A DNA stretch of 64,000 nucleotides. Source: a virus. Under the pieces are notes generated by a model. The model did no database searches. It saw only the letters and a program-made list of their open reading frames with translations, and was not told the DNA's origin. Positions 26,328 through 35,637 of the stretch are shown here, one piece after another. Every line of letters begins with the position of its first letter. Positions within the stretch are counted from its first letter, which is position 1. The translations under genes were made by a program, and so were the position numbers. The DNA lies in the IMG/VR virus record IMGVR_UViG_3300048074_000120, positions 124,972 to 188,971 of that record; one strand, written 5' to 3'.

Positions 26328-26512
26328 GGCAGCTTGGCACCCATGAGGTCCTTTTCCTTCAATCTCCCAGAATCAAGGAGAGCTTTAGCCCACGCCCCAT
26401 CCACCATAAGGTCTGTGCCAGGGATGTGGACGAAGGCCCTTGCTGGATTGCGTGCCAGCCTACGTTCGAGTGCTCTGGCTGCCTTGCGTTCTTTGCGGGT
26501 GAACTTAGCCAT
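26324..26512 (-). CDS. basic hypothetical protein (62 aa)
   Basis: ATG ORF, paralog downstream. Confidence 0.7.
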   Translation of the reverse strand: MAKFTRKERKAARALERRLARNPARAFVHIPGTDLMVDGAWAKALLDSGRLKEKDLMGAKLP

Positions 26513-26690
26513 GGCCGCACCTAAGAGAGATTACGTCTTTCATTTTGGGGTGCCTCGGAGCCAAAAGTGCTGTTTGGGTGCTGGTTTGTACTTGGTAATG
26601 GTCACCGTCATTGTGGCATCCGAGATGTCCTTGTACTCCCCATGCCGGATGAACGAGGCAGATACCGAAGTTCCTCTCAGCTTGATTCAT
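26505..26690 (-). CDS. hypothetical protein (61 aa)
   Basis: GAGG SD; packed operon. Confidence 0.5.
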   Translation of the reverse strand: MNQAERNFGICLVHPAWGVQGHLGCHNDGDHYQVQTSTQTALLAPRHPKMKDVISLRCGHG

Positions 26691-26892
26691 GAAGCACCTC
26701 AGGGTTGGCTATGTGGGCTTTCAAGTCACAGAACTCGTGGCCACAGGGGCATTGAAAACGAGGAAGGTCGAATTTCATCCAGTGCATGAATGCCTCGGCC
26801 CCTACGATTGGAGCATCGGGATACTCCTTGGTCTGTTTGTGGCAGCCGTTGCACTCAATGATGACGTGGTCGATGATGATTTGATTAGCCAT
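26677..26892 (-). CDS. zinc-ribbon protein (71 aa)
   Basis: CNGC ... CPCG...C. Confidence 0.6.
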   Translation of the reverse strand: MANQIIIDHVIIECNGCHKQTKEYPDAPIVGAEAFMHWMKFDLPRFQCPCGHEFCDLKAHIANPEVLHESS

Positions 26893-27160
26893 GACGAAGC
26901 TTCTTTGCTGAGAGTACGAGCCTAGACTGCTCCAGGTTGGTTTTGTCGAAGTACTGGTCCTTATCCCACTGTGTCTCGAGTAAACCAAGCTTACGGGCAA
27001 GGCCATACCTAGCGAAACGCCCAAGATTGAGCATACCTTCCAGCGTATCAGGGCTGTTCTCTATGGTCAGGTGTGCCTTCAGATGGAGCTCGAACCTGGT
27101 CTCCATGTCGCGGGCAATAGCGTCCTCTTCAGTCCTTCGACGCCGATTCTTCGCAGTCAC
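26885..27160 (-). CDS. hypothetical protein (91 aa)
   Basis: Packed operon ORF. Confidence 0.6.
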   Translation of the reverse strand: MTAKNRRRRTEEDAIARDMETRFELHLKAHLTIENSPDTLEGMLNLGRFARYGLARKLGLLETQWDKDQYFDKTNLEQSRLVLSAKKLRHG

Positions 27161-27294
27161 AGAAAGCCTTCACGGGTAGCGGCCATGGTCATTGTGATAG
27201 GCGACCCTCGGTAGAGGATCCCCGCTTGGGGGCAAGAGCAGCAATGTCCTCAGGGTAAACCTGCCGTGCTAATTTTCCGCGGGCTCTGGCTACT

Positions 27295-28011
27295 TTAGTC
27301 AGTGCCTTCAATACTGGCAGGGGCTGGTTTGAGAATTCTGCATTCGAAGGGTAGATCATCAATATCCTCCGGGGGCATCTCCCTCAACGTCTTTCGCTGA
27401 TCTGCATCCCAATCAAAGCCATGGAAGTACGTCAAGTCCTTCTGGGCTTTGGTGGTGAGAGCTTCCACAAGCGCCCGTGGGCGCATGGCTTGCTCGAGCA
27501 AATGCTCAAGGTCTGTGCCAGTTTCAGCAACCCGGGTGAACAGCCTCGCCAGGATGTCACTGTCAGTAAGCGCGCGGTGCGCCCCAACTACAGGAACCCC
27601 ATGGGCCAAAGCCAAAGCCACCAAGTTGCGGTTAGCAATCTTTCTTGGCCACTTGATGTGGCGCATGGAGCAGATCCAAGGAAGCCTATCCCAGTCAAAG
27701 CCCCAGTAGTCTTCCTTCTTCACGAAATCGTAGTCGAACTGGGCACTATGCGCGACAATGGCATCAGCATTCATCTGCATCTCGTCTAGTACGGCACAGG
27801 TTGTACCAAGCGATACTGACTGCTTGAGGAGCAATGGTGAGATGCCATTGAAGGCAGCGGACTCGTTCTCTACGCCGGGAACAAGGCCTGCATACGTGGC
27901 GATGGGAGCATGCTGCTCAATGCTGTAGAGGATAGCCGCTACCTCAACGATGTGATGGTCCCTCTTGTTCACGCCTGTGGTTTCAGTATCTAGGAGGAGT
28001 ATGCGTTTCAT
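27295..28011 (-). CDS. DEDDh 3'-5' exonuclease (DnaQ/Pol III epsilon-like)
   Basis: LLDTETTG, VAHSAQFD, CSM, HRALTD. Confidence 0.92.
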   Translation of the reverse strand: MKRILLLDTETTGVNKRDHHIVEVAAILYSIEQHAPIATYAGLVPGVENESAAFNGISPLLLKQSVSLGTTCAVLDEMQMNADAIVAHSAQFDYDFVKKEDYWGFDWDRLPWICSMRHIKWPRKIANRNLVALALAHGVPVVGAHRALTDSDILARLFTRVAETGTDLEHLLEQAMRPRALVEALTTKAQKDLTYFHGFDWDADQRKTLREMPPEDIDDLPFECRILKPAPASIEGTD

Positions 28012-28310
28012 GTTCTTTTCTCTGGTGGGATGTTGCCATTGTCCACGGCTTCTTTCACTTGTTTTTCCGCAGCTTCAATGAGGCCAATGCCCGTGATCCA
28101 GAAGGGTCGCACGTTATTGACGGCCCAGTCCTGCAGTTCATCACGTTGCATGTCAGTCAAGTTGTCGAAGTTGTAGCCCTTGACGAACTTTGGAGGACGC
28201 TTACCCGTCATAGCCTCGAGCACTTTGCGGATAGGGTTCTTCGGTATATCAAGGTAGAGCTTGGGTGGGTTCATAAAGGAAAACACCAATTGATTTTCGT
28301 TGTGCGGCAC
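28008..28310 (-). CDS. hypothetical protein (100 aa)
   Basis: ATGA overlap with the exonuclease. Confidence 0.65.
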   Translation of the reverse strand: MPHNENQLVFSFMNPPKLYLDIPKNPIRKVLEAMTGKRPPKFVKGYNFDNLTDMQRDELQDWAVNNVRPFWITGIGLIEAAEKQVKEAVDNGNIPPEKRT

Positions 28311-28531
28311 GCAGCGCGCTTTTCCTTTGCTTGCGTAGTCTTCGACGCTCGCTTGAATGCATTCTCCGCCTCCTCGTAAGTGCTGCCCGTTGCGTCCATG
28401 TAAATTCGAATGTAGGGATACTCAGGCCGCATTGTTCTTTCAACTGAGACCGCCTGCTCTGTAGGGGTTCTGCCTTGCAAAAGCTTTCCAAGTGGCCTGC
28501 ACAAGTTCTTGAAGAATTTTGCAATGGACAT
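28271..28531 (-). CDS. hypothetical protein (86 aa)
   Basis: ATG ORF in operon. Confidence 0.6.
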   Translation of the reverse strand: MSIAKFFKNLCRPLGKLLQGRTPTEQAVSVERTMRPEYPYIRIYMDATGSTYEEAENAFKRASKTTQAKEKRAACRTTKINWCFPL

Positions 28532-28539
28532 CTGAACAC

Positions 28540-28929
28540 CTACTCGCTTCCGTCTCTGCTCTGAAGTCGAATGAACTTCCGTGGGCGTGGGGGTTGAGGC
28601 TTGACGTCGTCTTCCACCACACGCCTGCCCAAGAATACCTCAGCTCGCCTGAATATCTCAGGACGGTTGATGACCTCATCGCAGGTGCGCCAATTTCCCT
28701 TCTCAAGGCCCTTGGCGCAGTTCAGCAGGTCTTGGATGAGCTGTCGTGTTTCATCGGCGCCCCATCCTTCCTTGACAAGCTCAGCGACAGCGCGGGCAAG
28801 CTTGATCTCAGAGTCCGAGGTTGTATTCATCGTGGGGTTCTTCAAGTGAAGTGCCACGTCGGAGCACTTACCATCCCACCAGGTTTTAGCTGCTTGCAGC
28901 ACTCGGCGTTGCAGGAGATGCTTTCTCAT
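28540..28929 (-). CDS. hypothetical protein (129 aa)
   Basis: ATGA overlap; AGGAG SD. Confidence 0.65.
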   Translation of the reverse strand: MRKHLLQRRVLQAAKTWWDGKCSDVALHLKNPTMNTTSDSEIKLARAVAELVKEGWGADETRQLIQDLLNCAKGLEKGNWRTCDEVINRPEIFRRAEVFLGRRVVEDDVKPQPPRPRKFIRLQSRDGSE

Positions 28930-29591
28930 GGATTTCGTCTCACTTCCATGGCCCGAATCACTTCAGGGCACAGGTAAGGGTTCTCGGCACAGGCGGTCAC
29001 TTCAAGTTCAGCCAGCGCCGCTTCTTTATCCTTCTGGTCATTGCCACCATGGCCCCAGCTCGACTCGATGTACTTTCCTATTGGGTGCGAATATTGGTGG
29101 TGCCTTGTTCGCACGGCGGCCGAGATGCTTGCCTCTTGTGTGATGCCATACTTCAGAAAGCTGTGGCAGTGAACATACATGGCGCCTGTGTCCTGCCGTA
29201 TTCGCTGCGTATCCAAGTGGTATTTATACACGGCGTAAAGCCTGCGCCTTTCGAGCTTCTGAAGGAACTTCTCCCAGCGACGTGTTGCTGAAAGCTTTGA
29301 GCAGTGAGCCACACAAATGAGCTCGCTACTCCACTCAGTGTCCCACTCGTCATACTCGTAAGAGCATCGATAGCTGTAGGGCTCACTGATGGCCACTTGG
29401 AAGGGTTGGCCTGGGGCGATACCCATCTCCACTGCCCAGTAGAGCCAGCTGTATTGTAGCTCAAGGCGCTCAGCGACAGGGACGTAGTGCGAGCCATAGC
29501 CAAGCCCGAGCATCGTCCCTAAATCGTTCTCAACAGTATCCCACCACTCAGGGGGCGTGCCGATAGCGGGGACCGCGCATAGCCTTGGCAC
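28926..29591 (-). CDS. hypothetical protein (start uncertain)
   Basis: Protein-like 3' part of track ORF 28926..29876; the 5' part overlaps the acidic ORF. Confidence 0.55.
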   Translation of the reverse strand: MPRLCAVPAIGTPPEWWDTVENDLGTMLGLGYGSHYVPVAERLELQYSWLYWAVEMGIAPGQPFQVAISEPYSYRCSYEYDEWDTEWSSELICVAHCSKLSATRRWEKFLQKLERRRLYAVYKYHLDTQRIRQDTGAMYVHCHSFLKYGITQEASISAAVRTRHHQYSHPIGKYIESSWGHGGNDQKDKEAALAELEVTACAENPYLCPEVIRAMEVRRNP

Positions 29592-29664
29592 AAGGTCATG
29601 ACACCCAGATGCATGCAACCAATACCATACGCGGACTTCCCCTGGAAAAAACAGATTGTAGAGG

Positions 29665-29931
29665 CTACTCTTCTTCCTCGTCTTCCTCCGTATCCTCTTC
29701 GTCTTCCTCATCGTCCTCTTCTTCATCGTAGTCCTCGTCTTCGTCATCAGCGACCTCATCGATGGATACGAGGCTTTCCACGGACACATTCCAGCCGGCG
29801 GCTTCAAGGGCTTTGACTTGCGCCGAGCTTTGCTCCTCAATTTTATCGTCAGAGGCTTCATCATCAACGCTGTCAACGCCCTCGATCTCGAGGATCCGCT
29901 GAACCATGTACGTGGCAGAAATTCTTAGCAT
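29665..29931 (-). CDS. highly acidic small protein (88 aa)
   Basis: C-terminal tract DDEDEDYDEEEDDEEDEEDTEEDEEEE. Confidence 0.75.
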   Translation of the reverse strand: MLRISATYMVQRILEIEGVDSVDDEASDDKIEEQSSAQVKALEAAGWNVSVESLVSIDEVADDEDEDYDEEEDDEEDEEDTEEDEEEE

Positions 29932-29933
29932 GC

Positions 29934-30737
29934 TTAGTCCTTTGGCCTTTGCCTAGTAGTTCCCAGCGTAATGCCAGCGGCTACCCCGGGCTTGTTCTTG
30001 TCGCGCTCGTACGCGTACACGTTGCCGTTCTTGGTGAAGATGCCACATTCGCCGCAGTCAAAAGCTTTTGCGGCAAGTGCGTCTTCCTCTTCGTCGAATG
30101 CATCTAGCAAGTCGAGCTTCGTCTTGCTATGCACGGACTCTGCCCACTCTCCACAGCGTGGGCAGTATTGGCCGTCAGTAGCCCAGTCTGTTGTGATCGA
30201 GGCCTCGAACTGCACGATGGTGCCTGCGTCGTACCTGCGCTGGATCACAGCCTTAGGCATGTTGCGCAGTTGAGTAGGGGCTGTGCTGTATTGAAGCCTC
30301 GAGCGAATGGCTTGCATGCGGTCGTTGTGCGCCGCCACAAGAAAGTCGTGGTCAATGGAAAGCGTAGCCAGGTGCTCAATGGCCGCATCGATGCCGCGTT
30401 CAAGCTCGCCGTCGGTTAGCTCCACTGATTTATGTGAGTCTGCGGGTAGATCTCCTTCAGCTAAATTCAAAGCACGCGACAACAGCCACAGCGGCGCCGC
30501 AGCTGGTCCAAAGAACTTTGGTCCACTGAGAAAGACCAAAGCCTTGTCGTAGGCTGCCAGAAGCAGCTTGGTGTATGAGTTTTGGCCAGGCTGAATAGGC
30601 CTGGTGCCAACACAAATGGGGAAGCGCGTGCAGCCGTAAAAGGCGCCGCGACCCACATAACTGCGCTCAACCATGGGCACACCACACTCAGGGCACCTGA
30701 TGTGGTCTATTGGCTGAGGCCTACGCTTGTAAGCCAT
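29934..30737 (-). CDS. protein with topoisomerase-type C4 zinc finger and a second Zn ribbon
   Basis: CPECGVPMVER...FYGCTRFPICVGTRPI; CPRC...CGEC. Confidence 0.8.
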   Translation of the reverse strand: MAYKRRPQPIDHIRCPECGVPMVERSYVGRGAFYGCTRFPICVGTRPIQPGQNSYTKLLLAAYDKALVFLSGPKFFGPAAAPLWLLSRALNLAEGDLPADSHKSVELTDGELERGIDAAIEHLATLSIDHDFLVAAHNDRMQAIRSRLQYSTAPTQLRNMPKAVIQRRYDAGTIVQFEASITTDWATDGQYCPRCGEWAESVHSKTKLDLLDAFDEEEDALAAKAFDCGECGIFTKNGNVYAYERDKNKPGVAAGITLGTTRQRPKD

Positions 30738-30750
30738 CTGTTGCTATCAA

Positions 30751-31071
30751 CTAGTGCGTGGACTGTAGCTCGTAGGGGACTACGCCATCGTTCTCTTCAA
30801 GCTCGATGGCTCGTTGAACAACCTGCGTTGGAAGCCCAGAGGGCCAGCTGAGTGCGCCGAGTTGTTCAAGCTCTCGGACTACGCCCAAGAGATCTCTGTA
30901 CGTGGCCACAGCCCCTTTGTGATCTCCAGCAAGCTTGAGCTGCATGCCTGTCTGTTGCAGATGTTGTGCCCGCTCAACGAGTACGGATATTTCCTCTAGG
31001 CTAGCCCCAAATCGAAGTACCCGTCGTCCAGAAGTTGCTCGGTTGCCCAACATGCAATCAGTAATAGACAT
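30751..31071 (-). CDS. hypothetical helical (TPR-like) protein
   Basis: ATG 31071; LQQTGMQLKLAGDHKGAVATYRDLL. Confidence 0.55.
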   Translation of the reverse strand: MSITDCMLGNRATSGRRVLRFGASLEEISVLVERAQHLQQTGMQLKLAGDHKGAVATYRDLLGVVRELEQLGALSWPSGLPTQVVQRAIELEENDGVVPYELQSTH

Positions 31072-31259
31072 AGAACACCTGAGATGAGTTTGAGAATATT
31101 CTTCACGATGTGTGCACTCCAGGGAATTTTGGTAGAGGTGGCGCGCCGGGGATTGCAATCGATGAATCGCCGGGTGGCGGGTATGACGACGTAGGGGGAT
31201 CGCAGGGGAGGGTGTCTCTGAGTTCTTGCGTGCCTGCCAATAACTGCCTGTCACTAGAA

Positions 31260-31601
31260 CTAGTATTCCGTGTCTCCATCTGATCCTCGAATCACGTAGG
31301 CGTCAGCCAACTCCTTTGCTTGTGAAAGCAAGGTGAGTGTAGCCTCTCGACCCATGCAAAGTTGATAGTTCACAATCACGGCCTTTTGCACGAGGCGTAT
31401 TGCCGCAAGTTGAACTACTGATGGCTCCAAGTTCGAACAGAGGAGCTCCATTATCCGTTGTGATAGGTCGAGAGTCCCGTCTTCCCGTACGTCGTCCGCT
31501 GCGGATTTGCGCTCCCATTGCGCAGGTTTCGGATCTACGAGGTCGCCCATTAGTTTCCTTATGCCACAAAAGTCCCCAACTATGCATGCTTGCATGTCCA
31601 C
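31260..31601 (-). CDS. hypothetical protein (start uncertain)
   Basis: First minus-strand ORF left of the plus-strand cassettes. Confidence 0.6.
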   Translation of the reverse strand: MDMQACIVGDFCGIRKLMGDLVDPKPAQWERKSAADDVREDGTLDLSQRIMELLCSNLEPSVVQLAAIRLVQKAVIVNYQLCMGREATLTLLSQAKELADAYVIRGSDGDTEY

Positions 31602-31665
31602 TGGATGGGCGTTCCGATCTCTTATGCATACGTACGGGGCGTAGACCTCGAAGTCTATCAGAGTT

Positions 31666-31693
31666 GCAAGCGATTTGAAAAGTCAGGGATAAG
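31666..31693 (+). promoter_or_regulatory. phage promoter motif GCAA-N15-AGGGATAAG
   Basis: Consensus copy; AGAAGGAGG and ATG 31715 follow. Confidence 0.8.
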
Positions 31694-31714
31694 AATTACG
31701 AGAAGGAGGCGACA

Positions 31715-31972
31715 ATGATTAGAGTTTTCGATGTTGATGAGCCAACCACAGAGATAGAACTACATCCGGACACCGTCGTGCGAACGATTGACATCAAGCA
31801 CTACCTCACGACAGGTATACTTCGCTTCATCGGTGAACCAAAGCCAGCTCAACAGGTTGCGCTGAGCGACGCCATGGTGGTTGAGACCGGGTTCGAGGAA
31901 GACCACGGCGCCACCGTGGTGATTCGAGTGGCTTCGAGAGAGGAACGCGGACGCTTAGCGCGCATGCACTGA
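31715..31972 (+). CDS. hypothetical protein (85 aa)
   Basis: SD plus ATG between promoter and terminator. Confidence 0.8.
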   Translation: MIRVFDVDEPTTEIELHPDTVVRTIDIKHYLTTGILRFIGEPKPAQQVALSDAMVVETGFEEDHGATVVIRVASREERGRLARMH

Positions 31973-31983
31973 TCGTAAGGATG

Positions 31984-32013
31984 AACTGGCCCTGCCGGTT
32001 TTTCCTTAGCCCC
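31984..32013 (+). terminator. hairpin + TTTTTCCTTAGCCCC element
   Basis: AACTGGC-cct-GCCGGTT TTTCCTTAGCCCC abutting the next promoter. Confidence 0.7.
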
Positions 32014-32041
32014 TCAATTGCGCTTCAAAGTACGGGATAAG
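32014..32041 (+). promoter_or_regulatory. phage promoter motif TCAA-N15-CGGGATAAG
   Basis: Same spacing; AGAAGGAG and ATG 32062 follow. Confidence 0.75.
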
Positions 32042-32061
32042 TACTTCAGAAGGAGTTCTGT

Positions 32062-33384
32062 ATGAAAGTACTTCAAAGACGCCCGTACCAAGTCAAGGCT
32101 GCCAACAGGGCAATGACATCAAGAAAGAAACGAGTACTAATCGTATCCCCTGGAGCCTCCGGGAAAACAGTTATTGCAGCCCTAATTGTCAGCAAAGCTA
32201 GACGTAGCGGTAAGCGTGTACTGTTGCTATCTCATCGCAGGGAAATAGTCAGACAAACCATCAATACGCTAAAAGGCAGACATGCCGTGGGAACTATCCT
32301 GACCGGGGAAGCACCAGACGCTAGTGCACCAGTACAGGTCGCTTCCATACACACGCTAGTTCGAAGAAAGTTACTGAAAGCAGATGTTGTGATCGTAGAT
32401 GAAGCGCACAGGGCGGTTACACCGACATACAACAGAGTGCTACTTCACTACGAGCAATGCGGTGCCAGAATTATTGGGCTATCTGCCACACCATACCGAC
32501 TCGATGGTGTGGGTATGAGTGCTCGGTTTGATATCATGTTTGAGGCGGCAAAGCCCAGCCAGCTACTTGGAAAATACATAATGAAGCCGGTAGTGTACTC
32601 GGCTCCACCGGAGCACTTACCAAACTTGGTTGGCATGAATTACAAAGGGCATGACTATCAGCAGAAGGCTTTAGTCAAACGCGTAAACAAACATGGCCTA
32701 GTAGGCGGAATCGTAAAAACGGCCAAGAAGCACCTTGGCAAGAGAACCACCGTCGTATTTTGTGTTTCAATTCAACACAGTAAATCAGTAGTGTCCAGGC
32801 TGGCAAAAGCTGGGTACACAGCCGCCCACATTGATGCAAACACCAAAACAAAAGAACGCGAACGCATACTTGAGGCAGTACGCACCAGGCAGATTCAAAT
32901 CATCTCTTGTTGCGTGCTGCTAAGCGAAGGATGGGATCTACCCGATTGTGAAGCAATCGTGATGGCTAGGCCCACCAGAAGTTTAGCTTTATACATACAG
33001 ATGGCCAACCGCGGAGCTCGCATGAGCAAGCGGCGCCCCCTGATACTAGACCACGCGTGCAATACCATAACCCATGGTTTTTCTTGGATCGATAGAAACT
33101 GGAGCCTCAACGGTAAATCCATCACCACGCTTGGAAGTAAGATACACGTGGTTGTGTGCCCGCATTGCGGACGTGTAAATGGTTTGTCGGCAAGGAAGTG
33201 CGCCAGTTGCGGGCAGCCGTTGCCTAAACGTACCAGAACCGCATCAGAGCAAAAGGCACTTGAACTTGTTCGCTACTCAGCAAAAGAGAAAAAGAAACGC
33301 AGGAAACTCATAGAAGCCTTCGCGAGAAAACGAGGATTTAGCAAGGACTGGATAGAGCAAGTTTACCAACTCTGGCAGATATGA
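32062..33384 (+). CDS. SF2 DEAH-box helicase (RadD/YejH/UvsW-like) with C-terminal Zn ribbon
   Basis: RPYQ, PGASGKT, IVDEAH, GLSATP, SEGWD.P, IQMANR; CPHC...CASC. Confidence 0.92.
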   Translation: MKVLQRRPYQVKAANRAMTSRKKRVLIVSPGASGKTVIAALIVSKARRSGKRVLLLSHRREIVRQTINTLKGRHAVGTILTGEAPDASAPVQVASIHTLVRRKLLKADVVIVDEAHRAVTPTYNRVLLHYEQCGARIIGLSATPYRLDGVGMSARFDIMFEAAKPSQLLGKYIMKPVVYSAPPEHLPNLVGMNYKGHDYQQKALVKRVNKHGLVGGIVKTAKKHLGKRTTVVFCVSIQHSKSVVSRLAKAGYTAAHIDANTKTKERERILEAVRTRQIQIISCCVLLSEGWDLPDCEAIVMARPTRSLALYIQMANRGARMSKRRPLILDHACNTITHGFSWIDRNWSLNGKSITTLGSKIHVVVCPHCGRVNGLSARKCASCGQPLPKRTRTASEQKALELVRYSAKEKKKRRKLIEAFARKRGFSKDWIEQVYQLWQI

Positions 33385-33385
33385 C

Positions 33386-34282
33386 ATGAAGAAGTACAGA
33401 GATTGGTCTAAATTGACTCTGAGGCAAGGGCACCGTAGTGGCCATCTAGTTGTCATTGATGGAAAACCGAAGCTAGTAAACCCTAACAGTAAGCAGTACA
33501 GCTACAAGGTGCTGTGCCTCTGTGAGGGTTGTGGCAAAGTGGTGGCTTTACGTCCATACAGACTACTAGGGGACAAGTCTGCTCGAAGCTGTGGCTGTAA
33601 ACGTAAACCCCTAAAGCCGTTGATAGCTACTCCGGCAAGATACAAGTTAGTGAGACGTAGACCAGATCTGGGTAGGCATTACGTTGATATAGTTTGTAAG
33701 AGGTGCCACAAAGCGTCAACAATCAACCTTGCGATAGAACAAAAAATGAGGAGGACTCTAGGGGAGTGTCCCCTTTGCTATCAAAAATACATATGCAATG
33801 GAGATCTGTATTCCATCAGGGACTTGATGAAGCTGACTAACCTCAGCAAGCCAGGTGTGATGGGCCGTATCAACGCCGGCGTCAGCATTGCAACTCTTCT
33901 CGAGGAAGGGAGAATAAAGAAAGAACACAAACTTCACATGCGTGATCTGACAGAAGGAAGTCTAACTCCCTCCGGAGCATTTCTGGTGCTGAAAGTAGCA
34001 GTAAAGAAAACCAGGCATGCCGTACTGCACTTGGTTCAGTGCACCACATGTGGAAGAAGGCACACACTGGATAGTAGATCTCTATCCCGAAGCAGAAAGG
34101 GTTGCATAACGTGCGCGCACGGGTTCCACGCCCAAGTGGCAGGGGAGCCCTTATCCCTAAGGGAGTTATGCGAACTATTTTCTGTATGGAGGTGCAGACT
34201 GCATGGCGTAAAGGATAAGTTGAGCACCATCTTGGCCATAAGACGCCAAGAACATGCCACCTTCAAGCCTTGTAAAAGCTAG
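33386..34282 (+). CDS. multi-CxxC basic protein (298 aa), resembles Zn-binding modules of HNH/AP2-type endonucleases
   Basis: CLCEGCG...SCGC, CKRC, CPLC, CTTC, CITC; no clear HNH core seen. Confidence 0.75.
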   Translation: MKKYRDWSKLTLRQGHRSGHLVVIDGKPKLVNPNSKQYSYKVLCLCEGCGKVVALRPYRLLGDKSARSCGCKRKPLKPLIATPARYKLVRRRPDLGRHYVDIVCKRCHKASTINLAIEQKMRRTLGECPLCYQKYICNGDLYSIRDLMKLTNLSKPGVMGRINAGVSIATLLEEGRIKKEHKLHMRDLTEGSLTPSGAFLVLKVAVKKTRHAVLHLVQCTTCGRRHTLDSRSLSRSRKGCITCAHGFHAQVAGEPLSLRELCELFSVWRCRLHGVKDKLSTILAIRRQEHATFKPCKS

Positions 34283-34296
34283 TCAGGGCACCATGG

Positions 34297-34332
34297 GAAG
34301 GGCCATTGAGTAATGGCCCTTCTTTTAGCCCT
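34297..34332 (+). terminator. hairpin + TTTTAGCCC element
   Basis: GAAGGGCCATT-gagt-AATGGCCCTTC TTTTAGCCCT; contains the TAA of the convergent gene. Confidence 0.7.
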
Positions 34333-35110
34333 CCATTGCGTGGTTCGAGTACAACGGATCATGCACAGGCAGGCAGTCAACGTCTACGTCGAAGACTCGC
34401 AGGTCCTCTGAGTGAAGCGCATCCTCTGAAACGTTCTTGTGCTTACGTCGCTCTGCGGGGCGCCCAGCATTCATGATCTCTTTCTTAGTCAGCAGGCGAA
34501 TACGATCACGAACCTTATCGGGATCAAGGTCAAGCAGCTCACAGATGGAGACGAATCCCGTAATACTCTTGCCGTTCTTGCAGCGCATGGACCACGTGGC
34601 TGAGTCAGGCTCCTCGACGAACAACCAATGAAAAGCTGATTCTGCCAACTGCTTATTGATCAACTTCGAGCTCGAGCGATAGAGCACCCAGTCGAAGGCC
34701 GCGCGGCGCACGATCTCAAGCAGGAGCGCCCGGCACGCCGAGGCCTCGAGGGAGGCTTTGGCCCGTTTGTCCGTTGCCGTACCGGCCAGAAAGCCAAGAT
34801 GAGTGACATCGGGCGGCACGGGCAGCTTGTTGGGAGCCTCCAAAGCGCTCAGCGCCCGCTTGGACAGGCGCCTGCCACGTCCTTTCATGACCAGCCTTGG
34901 CGGTAACCGTGTCGCCCGGGCGCGCGCCTTAGGCGGCGTCTCTCCGAGCATCCCATCGAGAGCGTGCAGCGGGCCGGTCATCGCCGCCAAAAAGCGCGGG
35001 ATGGCCCAGGTGCTGTCGAGAACCTGGGAGGCCATCGTGGCGTACCGCATGGCCTCCACACCGTCAGAAACTTCACGCATAACCTGAAGCAAAAGCTGGT
35101 CGACTGCCAT
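34325..35110 (-). CDS. hypothetical protein (261 aa) with F.SICE.L.LDP..VR motif
   Basis: TAATG coupling with the upstream ORF. Confidence 0.75.
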   Translation of the reverse strand: MAVDQLLLQVMREVSDGVEAMRYATMASQVLDSTWAIPRFLAAMTGPLHALDGMLGETPPKARARATRLPPRLVMKGRGRRLSKRALSALEAPNKLPVPPDVTHLGFLAGTATDKRAKASLEASACRALLLEIVRRAAFDWVLYRSSSKLINKQLAESAFHWLFVEEPDSATWSMRCKNGKSITGFVSICELLDLDPDKVRDRIRLLTKKEIMNAGRPAERRKHKNVSEDALHSEDLRVFDVDVDCLPVHDPLYSNHAMEG

Positions 35111-35637
35111 TAGAGCACCGTTACGTCCGCAGGGACGCCTTCAATTGGAGGGTTGGGGACACACGCGTCAAATGTGGCTTCTTGAAAAGACTTACCGCGC
35201 TTGATGCGCGCATCGATGCGTGAACGCACTACATCTATTTCCTCGCCTGGATAACTGCTCTCGATGAATTCAGCCAAGGAGACTTCACGACCTCCTAGCG
35301 ACACAATTCTGCTAGTTGATCTGTTCCTTGCTTGAACTTTTCTAGTGGCCCACTTGCAATTATCAGGGGAGTAATCTTCATTCACTCGCTTGCGCTCAAG
35401 CGTATGCGTAGGCGTTGGGCGCCTCCCCATATCAGCTAAGAAGTTGTCATAAGAATGCAACCAGCGGAGGCATACCTTGATCCCTCGTCCGCCGTAACGC
35501 GCATAACGTCGGTTATTGACGTTGTAGCAACGGCTCTTCATCAGAGTCCAACTTCTGTACTCCGCAGAATTCTTGTTGTTCTCCCCATGTATGAACAGGC
35601 CGGGGTTAGGTAAAAACCTAGTAGGGTATCTGCTCAT
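35110..35637 (-). CDS. HNH endonuclease carrying a relic C-terminus of the upstream gene
   Basis: EYRSWTLMKSRC...YGGRGIKVC.RW..YDNFLADMG.RP...TLER...NEDYSPDNCKWAT; ATGA overlap at 35634-35637. Confidence 0.88.
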   Translation of the reverse strand: MSRYPTRFLPNPGLFIHGENNKNSAEYRSWTLMKSRCYNVNNRRYARYGGRGIKVCLRWLHSYDNFLADMGRRPTPTHTLERKRVNEDYSPDNCKWATRKVQARNRSTSRIVSLGGREVSLAEFIESSYPGEEIDVVRSRIDARIKRGKSFQEATFDACVPNPPIEGVPADVTVL

